Position numbers and translations under genes: made by a program. The notes beneath the pieces were generated by a model. It saw only the letters and a program-made list of their open reading frames with translations. It ran no database searches and had not been told where the DNA came from. Of a DNA stretch of 64,000 nucleotides, positions 25,701-39,279 are shown one piece after another (position 1 is the first letter of the stretch; each line of letters starts with the position of its first letter). Source of the DNA: the human T2T-CHM13v2.0 reference genome, Homo sapiens; NCBI RefSeq assembly GCF_009914755.1, contig NC_060930.1, one strand, 5' to 3'.

Positions 25701-26727
25701 TAGATTGTTTTTTTGAGGAAGCATTAGATGAAAACCTATTAAATGAAAGTATGCAAACTAAGTTCTTTCAGTTATGTTACCTCTTAGTTTATACACGTAC
25801 CAGTTTCCTGATATCAAACCAGTGAAAACATCCCTAACATCCATCCATCTCTATATGGGTCATGAATGATGTGGCAGGAAGGATGCTGGCCTGACCCTCC
25901 TCACTGGGTTCTGTCCATGGCTCTGCTCCTTCTGACACCATGAATGTTAGCCTTTGTCATCTCTGTAACTCAGTTTCATCCTTGGAGTTTATTTGTGTAG
26001 GTGATGACAAAGCTTCCCTCCGTCTTTGACATTTGTGTGATCCTATTGAGGGAGAAGATAGTGCCTTTCTGAGGGTTGGCTTTGCACCATAAACAGTTGA
26101 CACCAATGCTAGGAAAGTGCTCTTCAGTTTTGGCCCTTGGTTTGAGTTTCGGTTTCATTTTTTAGAAGATTAACAGGATCAAAGACATTTCACTGAGAAG
26201 TGCCAGCAGATACAGATTTTTGAATCCTAGCACCTTTTCCTGGTCTTTGCCCATGAAGTAAAGATCAAAATCTTGGGGGCAAAATGTGAAACGAGAGTGC
26301 AACTACTTAAGTCATTGATGTGACACAGAAAGAGGTCAGGGTTGCTTACATTGATGTTACTGTGACAATGATCACTTAATAGTGTTTTCAGTTTTTTGTG
26401 ACTGATTTTAACAGTCTTTGATTTTTATTTATGTATCCATTTTAACATCCTCTTACACAGCTTGGAATTAAATTCATTCATTGCTCTTTTCAGCTATATA
26501 AGTGGAATTCAACTGGTTAGGGATGAAACAAAGAGGTTAGCTGTATCATTTGAGAAATTGTAAACATTTAGAAATAGTTTGGTCTCTTCAGTTAGGTTTT
26601 CAATCATCTTCTAAAGCAGAGAAACAACTACTGAGTTAAACAGTCGATCCAGAATGTTTCAGAAGTTTGAAAGGCAAGTTTTCTGTGGCTACCTAAGTGT
26701 TTTTTTAAATTATTATTTCATTTCTAG

Positions 26728-26865
<138 letters not shown>

Positions 26866-27000
26866 TAGGGATGTTCCTTATGGATGCACTACATGGGTAA
26901 ATATTGAGAAAGAGTTCAGTGATCTGTGAATGTGTGTTTGCTATTCTATGCTAGACTTAAAATTACTTTTAGGAATTTTTTATCCATCTCTATGCATTAA

Positions 27001-27336
<336 letters not shown>

Positions 27337-28563
27337 TGAAAGCTATGGTTAAGGAGACTAGAACCTCTTTGCATGAGATATACAAAGTATCTCAACTTGG
27401 TGCTCAACAATTTTGGAGAATGAACAGATTGTGTCACTTAAATAAAACAACATAATTGTGGAGAAAACAATGCTGTAAAATTTCCGATTCTTCAGAACAG
27501 AGCTGCCCTTGGAAATCCTTAGATAGATAAGGTTTATCTAGGATAGGAAATCCTTATTCTAGATAAATGTCTCTAGTATTTTACAGTGTCTGGGCAAAAA
27601 AGATACAAGTACCCAAAGAATTAATTGGTAATTAAAAATTGTTTGATTCTGGAGTGCACACATGCATCCCCCACTCCACAAACTGAGGTAACTGAAGTGT
27701 TGGAGAAGAGCCCTAAGTGGGAGCCCCAGTGTGTGACTCTTGACATCCTCCTCTTTCTACTCCAGTAGAAGACTCAATTGTGTGTGCTGATGAGCCTTAA
27801 TGTAGTTTACCCATGTGTCTCTCTGGTTAATGCCTTTTCTCTCCTTTATAGCTAAACTTCTTGAAAAAGTTTTCCTGTGCCAATTGTCTCTACTGTCTCT
27901 CTTCTTCACCTTCCTGTCACTCCACAGTTTACCAAAATCTTCCTTCTATATCTACCTACCCTTTAAACCACCCTCCCAAGGTCACTCCAGACCAAATCCT
28001 GTGGACTCTTCAGCTGTCCGTCATCTTACTTGATGTTTCAGCAGTTCCTTGACACAGAAAGCTCTGTCATTCCCGACAGGAGATTTCCCGTTGATCTCTG
28101 AGTCATCACACTCTTTTCTTTTCCACTCACCTCTTCAGCAATGTCCTTTCAGTTTTCCTGCCAGACCCATTTAAGTTTTTTATTGTCCGTCTGGGTGATA
28201 TCATCTAACTCATGGTTTTAGTCTCTGTTGTTGACTGTAGATTTCTGGATATCCACTTGCCTCCTAAATTTGAATTAGTACCTTGGGCTCAAAAATTTGA
28301 AAGTTAGATCCCACCTTTCCTTATAAGCCTGCGCTTCTCATATCCCCGGTTTTTCTTGGGACATCATCAGTTGACAGGTTAGAAAGCTGAATACGACCCT
28401 GATCACCAGCTCTCCCTCTTCCTTCTTGCTAGGCTACCTCCCATCCTGAGCTCCAGCCCTCTAATGCTGCAGCCCTTTTCTTATTGCTTCCCCCCATCTC
28501 CTGGGCTGAGAACTACTTTCAAATTTTTTACATCTCTACTACGTCTCTGTAACTATCCACTTC

Positions 28564-29003
28564 TCTATACTTCTCTGTCCACACAGTACTCTGGGAAAAA
28601 GCCAGATCTATTTAGACCTCTGGCCATAATACATTATTTTAGGACTTACCTTTGTGTTACATAGTCCCTAAGGGAAAATAGCCTAGAGTATGCCAACCCT
28701 GTGAGTCCTGGCTTCATTGTGGACAAAGGTGAAGTCTCTCCAGAACAGACTGATAAGGTTGGGACATGCTGCCCCAAAATATGGCGCCTTGGCATTTGAG
28801 GAAATAGCAAAAGCAGGAAGGGCATTCTCATCTTCCCCTTGCCTTTCTCCCTTGAGGCAGATCATAAAAGCGGCATTCAACAAGTGCCCTCTGTATAGCC
28901 AGAGGAAAGAAATGTCCTTATCTCTGAAGACTTGGGGACAGAGGAAAGAATCTGAACAAAGAGGCCTTACTAAGTGCTCCCAGGTTATTACCATTAGATC
29001 ATA
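28564..29003 (+). repeat. Left arm of a ~440-bp inverted repeat (unique flank plus 5' part of a MER39/MER34-like LTR from 28751)
   Basis: Reverse complement of 30458-30890 by manual alignment. Confidence 0.92.
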
Positions 29004-29811
29004 GTTATTTCTAAAGAAGGCAAGGCTTCTTCCAGGAAGCCCTCCTTACCCCTCCCACTGTGTTCCCACAGAGCTAGGGTCACATGACACCAGGGAAGTT
29101 GTTCTCACAGGCTGGTTGTGCACAGTGCACAGCCTGAGCAACTCTCCATGGAGGCCCCACCTCCTCCAGTGCCTGATGCTTACTGTCACAGCTCTCATCA
29201 CACAGAGTTTTCTCAGCTTACTCCTTGTCTTTAAGTTCTGTGTAGGCAGGGCCTGTGATTTATTATTCATGGTAATATGCTCAGTGCTTACATTGGGTTT
29301 TGAATATAGTAGGGGTTCAACAATACTCATTGGATAAGTAGGTGGATAGCTGGAGACATAGATGGATGAAGGTCACAATAACTTACCTGCCTGGTTGATC
29401 ATTTCCTCACTTTAGATCAGGCTTTTGTTGTGTTTGGTTAATTTCTCTCATTTGAATCCAAATAGCTTGATACTGTTTCAAAATACAAAAACATTCTAGT
29501 TTGTTGTTTTCTAATTTACTGATTTTTAGATTTTTTAGTCCATTATTACATATTCTTATAGGGATATACTTACCTTTCTCTTTTTAAAATAAGGGAAATA
29601 CTTTTGTAGATAGATAAAAAGACAACCCCCCCCACCCGCCTCCCGCCCAACAACCCACACTTCAGGTTCTAGGATGTTACTGAATAAATGGTTTCTCTAT
29701 GGCTCTTTCCATATGGAATAACACTAACAATATAACTTGTCTGCGAAATGGCTTAAGTTTATCCTTGATAAAACTGGTGACTCATGGAAAGAGATAATCT
29801 TATGTACTTTT

Positions 29812-30143
29812 ATCTTTTCTTTTCTTTTTCTTTTTTTTTTTTTTTTTTTGAGACAGGTTCTCACTCTGTGACCCAGACTGGAGTGCAGCGGCACAGTCAT
29901 GCCTCACTGCAGCCTTGAACTCTTGGGCTCAAGCAATAACAATCTTCCCACCTCAGCCTCCTGAGTAGCTGGGACTACTGGTTCATACCACCATGCTTGG
30001 CTAATTATTTAAATATTTTTTTTTGTAGAGATGGGCTCTTGGTATGTTGCCCAGGCTAATCTCGGAACTCCTAGCCTCAAGCTACCCTCCTGCTTGAGCC
30101 TGCCAAAGTGCTGGGATTGCAGGCATGAGCTACCATGCCAGCC
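29812..30143 (-). mobile_element. AluJ-like element
   Basis: Poly-T followed by a diverged antisense Alu. Confidence 0.9.
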
Positions 30144-30249
30144 TTTTTTCCTTAAATGTTTGAAAAATAGAAAAGAAAGGAAGGAAGCTGTGGCAGAGTC
30201 CTATGTGAGGTGCATACTAGATATTGCAAGGCAGAACAGAGAATTTCTC

Positions 30250-30703
30250 ATGTATCACTAGGTTTCATGGCTGAAGCACCAGTAACAAAAGACAGGTCAA
30301 CCAGAGAAAAGCATAAGAGAATTTATTTAATGTAAGTTTTATGTGACATGGGAACCTTCAGAAATGCAGACTCAAAGAAACAGGAGAAACCTTTGTATTT
30401 TTATGCTAAGTTTGATGAAGTGGATAGTTACAGAGAAGTAGGATTAGACAAAGGGGGTATGATCTAATGGTAATAAACTGGGGCACTTAGCAAGGCCTGT
30501 TTGTTCAGACTCTTCTCCCTCTCCCCATGTCTTCAGAGACATTTCTTTTATCTGCCTATAGGGAGGGCAGTTTCTCGAATGAAACTTTTATGACCTGCCT
30601 CAAGGGAGAAAGGCAAGGGGAAGATGAGAATGACCTTCCTGCTTTTGCTATTTCCTCAAATGCCAAGGCACCATATTTTGGGGTAGCATGTCCCAACCTC
30701 ATC
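30250..30703 (-). mobile_element. ERV1 solo LTR, MER39/MER34-like
   Basis: Minus strand begins tgatgaggttgggacatgctaccccaaaatatggtgccttggcatttgag; includes a tcataaaa TATA-like box and an attaaataaa region. Confidence 0.65.
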
Positions 30704-30890
30704 AATCTGTTCTAGAGAGATTTCACCTTTGTCCACAATGAAGCCAGGACTCACAGGGTTGGCATACTCTAGGTTGTTTTCCCTTAGGGACTGTGTAACA
30801 CAAAGGTAAGTCCCAAAATAATGCATTATGGCCAGAGGTCTAAATAGATCTGGCTTTTTCCCAGAGCACTGATGGACAGAGAAGTATAGA
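30458..30890 (-). repeat. Right arm of the inverted repeat
   Basis: Reverse complement of 28564-29003. Confidence 0.92.
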
Positions 30891-31344
30891 TTAGCACACC
30901 TTTACTTGAGTTCATAGTGAAAATATATTACCTTATGATATCACGCTGCTTACAGTTTCCAAAGTGCTTTCATGTCTAACAGCCCTGTGAAGCTGCCACA
31001 CAGGCACCATTATTTAAATTTTTCAGGTAAGAATGAGGAGGCTGTGGCTTACTTTTATTATTAGTGTTTAGTAAGAGCAATTATTAACAATTGTCGTTGT
31101 TTTTCTTCCTAGGATTCAGTAAAATCAGTTCATCCAAAGTCTGTCTTAGCTTTTCTAGAGTTTGTCTCTGAACCCTAATGCCTCAAATGAACTTTTCCAG
31201 GTGTCAGAATTGTCAGCGCCAAGGCTGAGTTAAATGCCAGCATGCCAGTTTCTTCCAGGCCAAACATGTTGTAATGACCGATTTTTGTGCCAAAAATGTA
31301 CAAATAGATATTTATGTAATATGAAGAGTAGATAACCTATTTTT

Positions 31345-32874
31345 TTTATTTATTTTTTATTTTTTAGTATTTATTGATCATTCTTAGGTGTTTCTCGTAG
31401 AGGGGGATTTGGCAGGGTCATAGGACAATAGTGGAGGGAAGGTCAGCAGATAAATATGTGAACAAGGGTCTCTGGTTTTCCTAGGCAGAGGACCCTGCGG
31501 CCTTCCGCAGTGTTTGTGTCCCTGGGTACTTGAGATTAGGGAGTGGTGATGACTCTTAAGGAGCATGCTGCCTTCAAGCATCTGTTTAACAAAGCACATC
31601 TTGCACCGCCCTTAATCCATTTAACCCTGAGTGGACACAGCACATGTTTCAGAGAGCACGGGGTTGGGGGTAAGGTTATAGATTAACAGCATCCCAAGGC
31701 AGAAGAATTTTTCTTAGTACAGAAGAAAATGGAGTCTCCTATGTCTACTTCTTTCTACACAGACACAGCAACAATCTGATTTCTCTTTCCTTTCCCCACA
31801 TTTCCCCCTTTTCTATTTGACAAAACCGCCATCATCATCAGGGCCCGCCCTCAATGAGCTGTTGGGTAAACCTCCCAGACGGGGTGGCGGCCAGGCAGAG
31901 GCGCCCCCCATCTCCCTAACGGGACGGCTGGCCGGGCGGGGGGTTGCCCCCCACCTCCCAGACGGGGCAGCTGCCGGGCAGAGACGCTCCTCACTTCCCG
32001 GACAGGGTGGCTGCCGGGCGGAGGGGCTCCTCACTTCTCAGACGGGGTGGCCGGGCAGAGACGCTCCTCACCTCCCAGACGGGGTGGCGGTTGGGCAGAG
32101 ACACTCCTCAGTTCCCAGACGGGGTCGCGGCCGGGCAGAGGCGCTCCTCACATCCCAGACGGGGCGGCGGGGCAGAGGCACTCCCCACATCTCAGACAAT
32201 GGGCGGCCAGGCAGAGACGCTCCTCACTTCCCAGACAGGATGGCGGCCGGGAAGAGGCGCTCCTCACTTCCCAGACTGGGCGGGTGGGCAGAGGGGCTCC
32301 TCACATCCCAGACGATGGGCGGCCAGGCAGAGACGCTCCTCACTTCCCAGACGGGGTGGCGGCCAGGCAGAGGCTGCAATCTCGGCACTTTGGGAGGCCA
32401 AGGCAGGCGGCTGGGAGGTGGAGGTTGTAGCGAGCCGAGATCACGCCACTGCACTCCAGCCTGGGCAACATTGAGCATTGAGTGAGCGAGACTCCGTCTG
32501 CAATCCCGGCACCTCGGGAGGCTGAGGCGGGCAGATCACTCGCGGTCAGGAGCTGGAGACCAGCCCGGCCAACACGGCGAAACCCCGTCTCCACCAAAAA
32601 ATACAAAAACCAGTCAGGCGTGGCGGCGCGCGCCTGCAATCCCAGGCACTCGGCAGGCTGAGGCAGGAGAATCAGGCAGGGAGGTTGCAGTGAGCCGAGA
32701 TGGCAGCAGTACAGTCCAGCCTCGGCTCGGCATCAGATAGAGACCGTGGAGAGAGAGGAAGAGGGAGAGAGACCGTGGAGAGAGAGGGAGAGGGAGACCG
32801 TGGAGACAGAGGGAGAGGGAGAGGGAGAGGGAGACTGGGGAAAGGGAGAGGGAGGGGGAGGGGGAGGGAGAGGG
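31345..32874 (-). mobile_element. Full-length SVA retrotransposon (older SVA_A/B-like, short VNTR), antisense to CARMIL1
   Basis: On the + strand: poly-T tail, SINE-R (~31365-31860), GC-rich VNTR (~31870-32370), Alu-like domain (~32370-32735), (GAGGGA)n hexamer (~32740-32874). TSD aacctattttt at 31334-31344 and 32875-32885; TTTTT/AA endonuclease site. Confidence 0.97.
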
Positions 32875-33719
32875 AACCTATTTTTAAAAAAGGAAACTAG
32901 GCACAAAAATTTAACCTTAGATCAAACCACAGTCATTTTGAGAACAATGGATATAGATATTTTAGCTATATGTTTTTATTCCACCTCTACCACTCCAAAA
33001 ACAAAAACAAAGATTTTTTTTTAATAACAAGAGCTAGAATGTTTCTTTCTTTTTTCCTTTTTACTTAATTTAAGTAGATAAAAGAATTCTTAAAAATTAC
33101 ATTATAGCTGCTTAGCCCATAGAATTTAACCTTCTACTGTAGTAGTAAGAGCAGGATGCTAGGCTCAGCCAGTGGGCTCTTCCACTCCCTGGCAGTGTGT
33201 GTCTGGACAGAGGCTTGTGGGTTTTTTTTAAAAAACCTGAGCCAACTTGTTTCTAAATACCAGCATTGCCTACGTCGTTGAGTTGTCATAAGAAATAAAT
33301 AGGATAAAAATATGCCATCCTTTACTTAAAAACATTGTTGTTCAAAGCTAGTATTTCCATTTTAATATTATCTTTACAATATAAATCTTATATTTGTTTT
33401 TGCTTTTGTACCCATTCTCCCTTTTCTACACTTAAATGGAGGAGGAAGAGAAAAAAATTCCTGGAAACCGATTTAATACCACACTCATTTACCCTCATTA
33501 ATTCAAAGGGATTCTTACCCATGTTTACTAAGAAACAAATTAACTAACTTTACATACAATTTTATTCAAAAATTATTTCCTCAGTTGAATTGACTGTCAG
33601 AAAGTCTTTGCTTTTGGGAAAAGAGCATCACATGGGTAATCTAAGAGTGGAAATGCCATTTTCTCAGGTACCAGAATGTGCCAGCTACAACAGAGAAAAG
33701 GGGGAAAACGTGTAGTGTA

Positions 33720-34043
33720 CAGTGAGCCCTCCATATCCACACATTCTGCATTTGAGATTCAACCAACTCTGGATTGAAAATATTTATTTAAAAGGCAATA
33801 AAAAAACCACAACAATAAAAAAATTATATAAATTTTAAAATACAGTATAACAATTATTTACGTAGCATTTACATTGTATTAGGTATTATAAGTAATCTAG
33901 AGATTATTTAAAGCACACAGGAGGATGTTTGTAGGTTATATACAAATACTATGCCATTTTATAGCAGCGACTTGAGCATCTATGGATTTTTGTATCCTCA
34001 AGCGTCCTGGAACCAGTCCCCCTCGGATACTGAAGTTCAGCTG
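33720..34043 (-). mobile_element. MER2 (TcMar-Tigger MITE)
   Basis: Terminal inverted repeats cagtgagccctccatatcc ... ggatactgaagttcagctg, TA flanks, and an internal attataagtaatctagagat signature. Confidence 0.85.
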
Positions 34044-35297
34044 TATTAAGTGGGGTAACACTAGCTACTATATGAGATAAACCTTTACTATGTTAAATCT
34101 CTGATATTTTGGAGTTTATTTCTTGTTCATATCATAGTCCATTATGGGTATTTCTGGCCAGGGGACACTACAGTTGTCAGGGATCCAGGCTACTTTTACT
34201 TTGTGGCTCTACCCTCCTTTTTGGTCCCTCAAGTCATATGCATTCAGCTGGAGGATGACATAAAGCATGAAGGTTCATACCTCTGAGGTTTTAAGGGCCA
34301 GGTCCGAAAGGATGAGCTTCACATTCATCTGAATACCACTTTCCAGAACTTGGCCATGTGGCCACCTAACTGCAGGTGAGCATTCTAACCACGACACCCA
34401 ACAGGGATGGAGGCATGCTTATACTCACTCATCCACTGCCAGTTAGCTATTGCTTCTTTCTACTTTTTCCTAACATAGCTATAGGTGACAAGTATTCCCT
34501 TAAGGAAAAATCATTGAAAAATTTGCATAGAGGAGTGGAAAGAACACTGGACTGGGATATAGTGCTGACTCTACCACTAACTGGAATAATCTCCTAGTGG
34601 AAGGAATTTTAAAGATTACTCAATATTCAAGGGAATATGAAGCCCAGGACAGATACCTGATTTGTCCATGATCATTCTCTGAAATATTATACCATGCAGT
34701 GGCTTCACTTTGTGTGATAGGTCAGTATCAGTCAGTTTGCCGTATATTCTCGGCATAGGGCATAGCCCCACACTAGTCGGCCCAATGATGAAACAAACCA
34801 ACTCAAATTAAAATGGACTAACTCCTGGGTAATAGGTTTTCTCCTGTATGCATTGAATCATGGTGTCATAAGGCTGAAAAGGATCTTCAAGTCATCTTGT
34901 TCAGCCCCTCATCTGGTGCTTAAAAATCCCTACACAGCCATTGATTGGCCATTCCATCCACAATGACTTCTTTCTCTGAAGCTGCCATTTTCTTAAAGCT
35001 CTAATTATTAGCAAATTATTTTTTGTGTTGCTAAAACTCTTACTGTATAGCTTGAACTTAGCCATCTTGTTTCAGTCTTCTGGAGTGGCACGTGGGATCC
35101 AAGTCTCTTCTACTTAGTAGACTTAACAATATTTGTGGGCCAAATCTTAATTCTTCAGCTCTTTCGATGTACTTCATATGAAATTGTCTGGAATCCATTT
35201 ACAAGTCTTGTTACTCTGTTCTGAATAAATTGCAGTGTGGCACCCAAGACAAAATAGAGTACTTTAGTAAGATCTGCCATATCGCTTCTCTCCTTTT

Positions 35298-35592
35298 ATT
35301 TATTTATTTTTGAGACAGGGTCTCACCTGTCACCCAGGCTGGAGAGCAGTGGTGCGATCTCAGTTCACTACCACCTCCCCCTCCCAGGCCCAAGTGATCC
35401 TCCCACCTCAGTCTCCCAAGTAACTGGGATTACAGGTGTGCACCACCACACTCTGCTAATTTTTGTGTTTTTTGTAGAGACAGGGCTTTGCCATGTTGCC
35501 CAGGCTGGTCTCAAACTCCTGAGCTCACACGATCCACATGCCTCAGCCTCCCAAAGTACTAGAATTACAGGTGCGAGTCACCACACCCGGCC
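35298..35592 (-). mobile_element. AluJ-like element
   Basis: Antisense Alu with (TTTA)n tail; TSD at(c/t)gcttctctcctttt. Confidence 0.92.
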
Positions 35593-35979
35593 CATTGCTT
35601 CTCTCCTTTTAAATAGGAAACTTCTATTTATTCAACCACAGGTTGCATTCACCTTTAAAATGGCTATATCATCCAGGTGACTGGTATTGATCTTATTCTC
35701 AGGCAAGGTCTATAATCTGTTTTTATACACATATTTCAGACAGAGAAAAAGGGGGTGCATGCAGCAGGGAATCTAAACTACCCGGAAGTCCTAGTATACT
35801 TCCAGTTGCATCTTAATGGCCAGAAATGAATCATATTTCCATCCCCAGCTACAAGAAAATCTAGGAAGATAAATAGCCAGTTGGTCACATCAATACTCCA
35901 ATAAGTCAGGGTTTTGTTATTGAGTCAACAAGAGCGAATAGACACTAAATAGACACAAAGCAGTTTCTGCTGTAATTTA

Positions 35980-36840
35980 TTCAGTTAAGAGACTTTTCTT
36001 CTATTTTGCTAATTTTGTTTTGGAATGAATGGTAGTTTGATTCTTTTTTTTCGGTATTTGTTGAGACTGATAATTTTTCTTTTTTAATGTGAAACTTGGG
36101 TGAATTTCAACATACTTTTTCTAGTGTTATAACATTTTTAGTCATGAGTTTTTGCTTTGTTTTAATACACTGCTAGGCTTTGCTAATATTTTATGAGAAC
36201 TTTTGCATCTATATGCATAAATAAGAGAGACTTAACATGTTTATTTTTCTTGTCTAAACCATCCATCTAGTTTGGCTTTCAAAGTTATACTATCTCCATA
36301 AAATTGATTGGGAAGCTCTTTCTTTTCTCCTATTCTCTGGAACAGTTTACATATAATAGAGATTGTCTCTTCCTCTCCTGGGATGCCATCTGGGCCCTAA
36401 GTGTTGTCTATATGCTTGTGTGCATGTCTTACTTGTATGTAGATATATTACTAAGGATTTTATTTCTTTTGTCATAGATCTGTTCAGGTTACCTAATTCT
36501 TAAGATCATTTTGATAATTTATATATTTTTAAGATATCTTCCATTTAGTCTAATTGTTCATTTAATTGTTTATAGAATTCGTTTAAGTTTTTAATTTCTT
36601 ATACTGATAGCTTTAATCTCTTATATAGCTATGTCCCCTTTTCCATTTTAACATATTTTTAATGCCTGTTCTCTTAATGTTGTCATCTCTTTTTCTAAGA
36701 GTCAACTGTTTTATCAATCCTCTCAAGTTCATTTTTTTCTTTTATTATATTTTCTTCATTTTACTTCCTTTGGGTTCCTTATATCTTGATTGCTTAGCTA
36801 ATTAATTTTCCATGTTTTTTACATTCTAATATATGCACAT
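35980..36840 (-). mobile_element. Old L1 (L1M) ORF2-derived fragment
   Basis: T-rich antisense L1 phrases (tttgctaatattttatgagaacttttgcatctatat, ctattctctggaacagttta, gccatctgggcc). Confidence 0.6.
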
Positions 36841-39279
36841 AACATTCCATGATTATTCAGTTCACTAATTAGCACTCCTTGGTATATCTGTTCAAAGAAT
36901 TACTAATGCACCTAATTGTCCTTACTTCCTGCCCATTCCTCTCCATCTAGCCAATGAAGACATTGTGAGAGATTTGGCAGCTGCCGCATCAAAATCCAGG
37001 TGCACCGCCTACTGTCTTTCCCTGGTGTATTCACTGTAATAATCCTGGCAGAGGGAAAACAGGGTGGTCTGAATTGTCTTTAGTCCTCACGATCACCAGC
37101 TTATTTTCTCAGCATTCACGAGTTATCCTTTTAGCACTTACACACTGGAGGTGCAAAATCTACCTTCTTTATCAAATATCAGCAACAGCGATTCCTGATT
37201 TTATTTGTAAAAGCCTTTCTCTGAGTGCAAATGCAGTGGATTCTGGCCCCAGGCTCACGGCTGAGGTTTTTGCTCCCTCCTTTTCCAACAGCTGTTCTAC
37301 CCTTTTCAGTCTGAAATGTATTCTCCTTGACAGAAAAGACCAAAAGCAAATGGGATTTTGAGAACTTCTGATAACTGTTTGTCCTTTCCTTTGCTTTTGT
37401 TAGAAAAGGAGCTGAAACAGCATGTACATTTGACCTTGAACCCTTTTGCAAACTACATTTCAATTCAGTCTTCAGTTTTTCTACTGCTCTTCACGTAGGC
37501 TGATGCCACCTCCTGCTTCCTATTTTAACAGATGCATTTTAAACCATGTCTCATGGAAGATCTCCCAGTGATACTGGACTTCTCTTAATCTTTCTGCTCT
37601 CTGTCTCTTTATCTCTAAAATGACAGGGTTGGACTGGAGGATCTGTAGGGGCCAGTCCAGCCCTAAAAGCTGGGCTGTCCTGCAGGAAAGCAAACTGTTT
37701 TGTTCAGCTCTGTGCCTCCATCTCTGAAACCCATTGATGTACCCCACATCCCCAGAGAACCTTTTGTGCTGGCTGTGACTTCTGTTTCCAAGCAGGAAAA
37801 GAGAAATTTTTCCTGAGGGAAGAAATTATACAAGTAAAACTTTGTTTTTTTTTTGTTTGTTTGTTTGTTTCAAAATGAAAAGAGGAATCATTGGGGGAAG
37901 CTGGGAGGAAGCCCTGTGTTAGGACCGTATGTCCTGGGGTCGCATCTTTCTTCATCCATCAATCAGGTGACCAGTGTGGGTGCCGCTAACCTTCTGAGCC
38001 ACTGTTTGATCTGTGACTAACCAAAAAGTAGGATAGTACTATCTCTTTCAGTTTAAAGGGTAGACGTAAGGGTGACATAATAACGTGTAAAACACATGTA
38101 AACTGTCAAGAACTATATTAACTTAAGGGGCTATTACTGCTATAGAGATTCTATCCTCAATACTTTTCCAAAAGGGAAAAATAATATAATACAAGCAAGT
38201 TCTGTACTACTTTATCTTTTGTAATCAAAGTTTTTCAGTGAGCTTTTTTCTCTGCATAACGGAATTATAGAACTTTGCTGATTGTCTGCTCTTGTGCAAC
38301 ATGTAGGAAAACCTTGCTCCAATATAAAGCACCATTCAGATGAGAGGTGTAATTGTTATTTCATAGGGTTCTTTGCCTATTATCTGTTGTCTCTTCACTT
38401 TTCAGCATGTCACAAACATGAACTCAAACACATAGTTCATTTTCGTAATGAGAGCTTCCCAATGAATGAAGCGGATGATTGTTCAAGGGGTTTTTTCTTT
38501 AAACAATTTCCATACAGACATAAGCCATGTTCCCCCTAGGCACCTTGAGACTTGCAAATCAAGATTACAGGAAACAGCTTTCCCACCGCTCTATGGCAAG
38601 ACATCTAGACCAGGTATCCCAACCACATGAGAATTTGTCCTTGTATCCAACAGCATGGGCAAGATGCATGCTCTCTCTCAGTCATCCACAACCTATCTGT
38701 GAAATATTAATATACATTGCAGACACAAATCAAGCATCTGACTAAGCTTACTATGAGTTGTCCTTTCAAAGAGACATGCTAACTTAGTATAGCTTTCTGA
38801 TAGCTTCTCACCAGCCTCTCTCATAAGATCGGAGTTTTTGGCTGCCTGCTGGACACCTGCTTCTGGATTTCCCACAATACCTCAAACACTCAAGAAGATA
38901 AGATACAGCTTTTCCCCCAAATATGATATTTGTAACGTGTTCCCTAGAACCATGTCCCCATTTACCTGGCCTAGAAACTTTGACCATATCTTGGGCAGCT
39001 CTTGTCTTTCCATTCTCACTTCTCCACTTCATTAGTTCCTCATCACCTCCAGATTACATTAAATTATTCAAGAGTCTTTGATTTCAGCTCCTGAACAGGT
39101 TTACCTACTTATATTCTCTGGCGTCTCCAATTGGTCCTTCATACTGCCCCAGAATTACCTCCCCAGAATTCAGGCTGGGCCATGCTGCTGCATTGGTGGC
39201 TCCCTATCATCTAAGCAGTAAATTCCTTCTTCCTTAGCATAAGGCTCAAGGCTGTTCCTTATGGGTTATTGTATTATTA

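Noticed and set aside
28683-30715. Two ORFs sharing the peptide CLKGERQGEDEN.LPAFAISSNAKAPYFG
   Set aside because: A by-product of the inverted repeat and LTR, not a duplicated gene.
31813-33024. Cluster of long overlapping ORFs (up to 222 aa)
   Set aside because: All lie in the GC-rich SVA VNTR, Alu-like and hexamer regions, where stop codons are scarce; the peptides are repeat translations.
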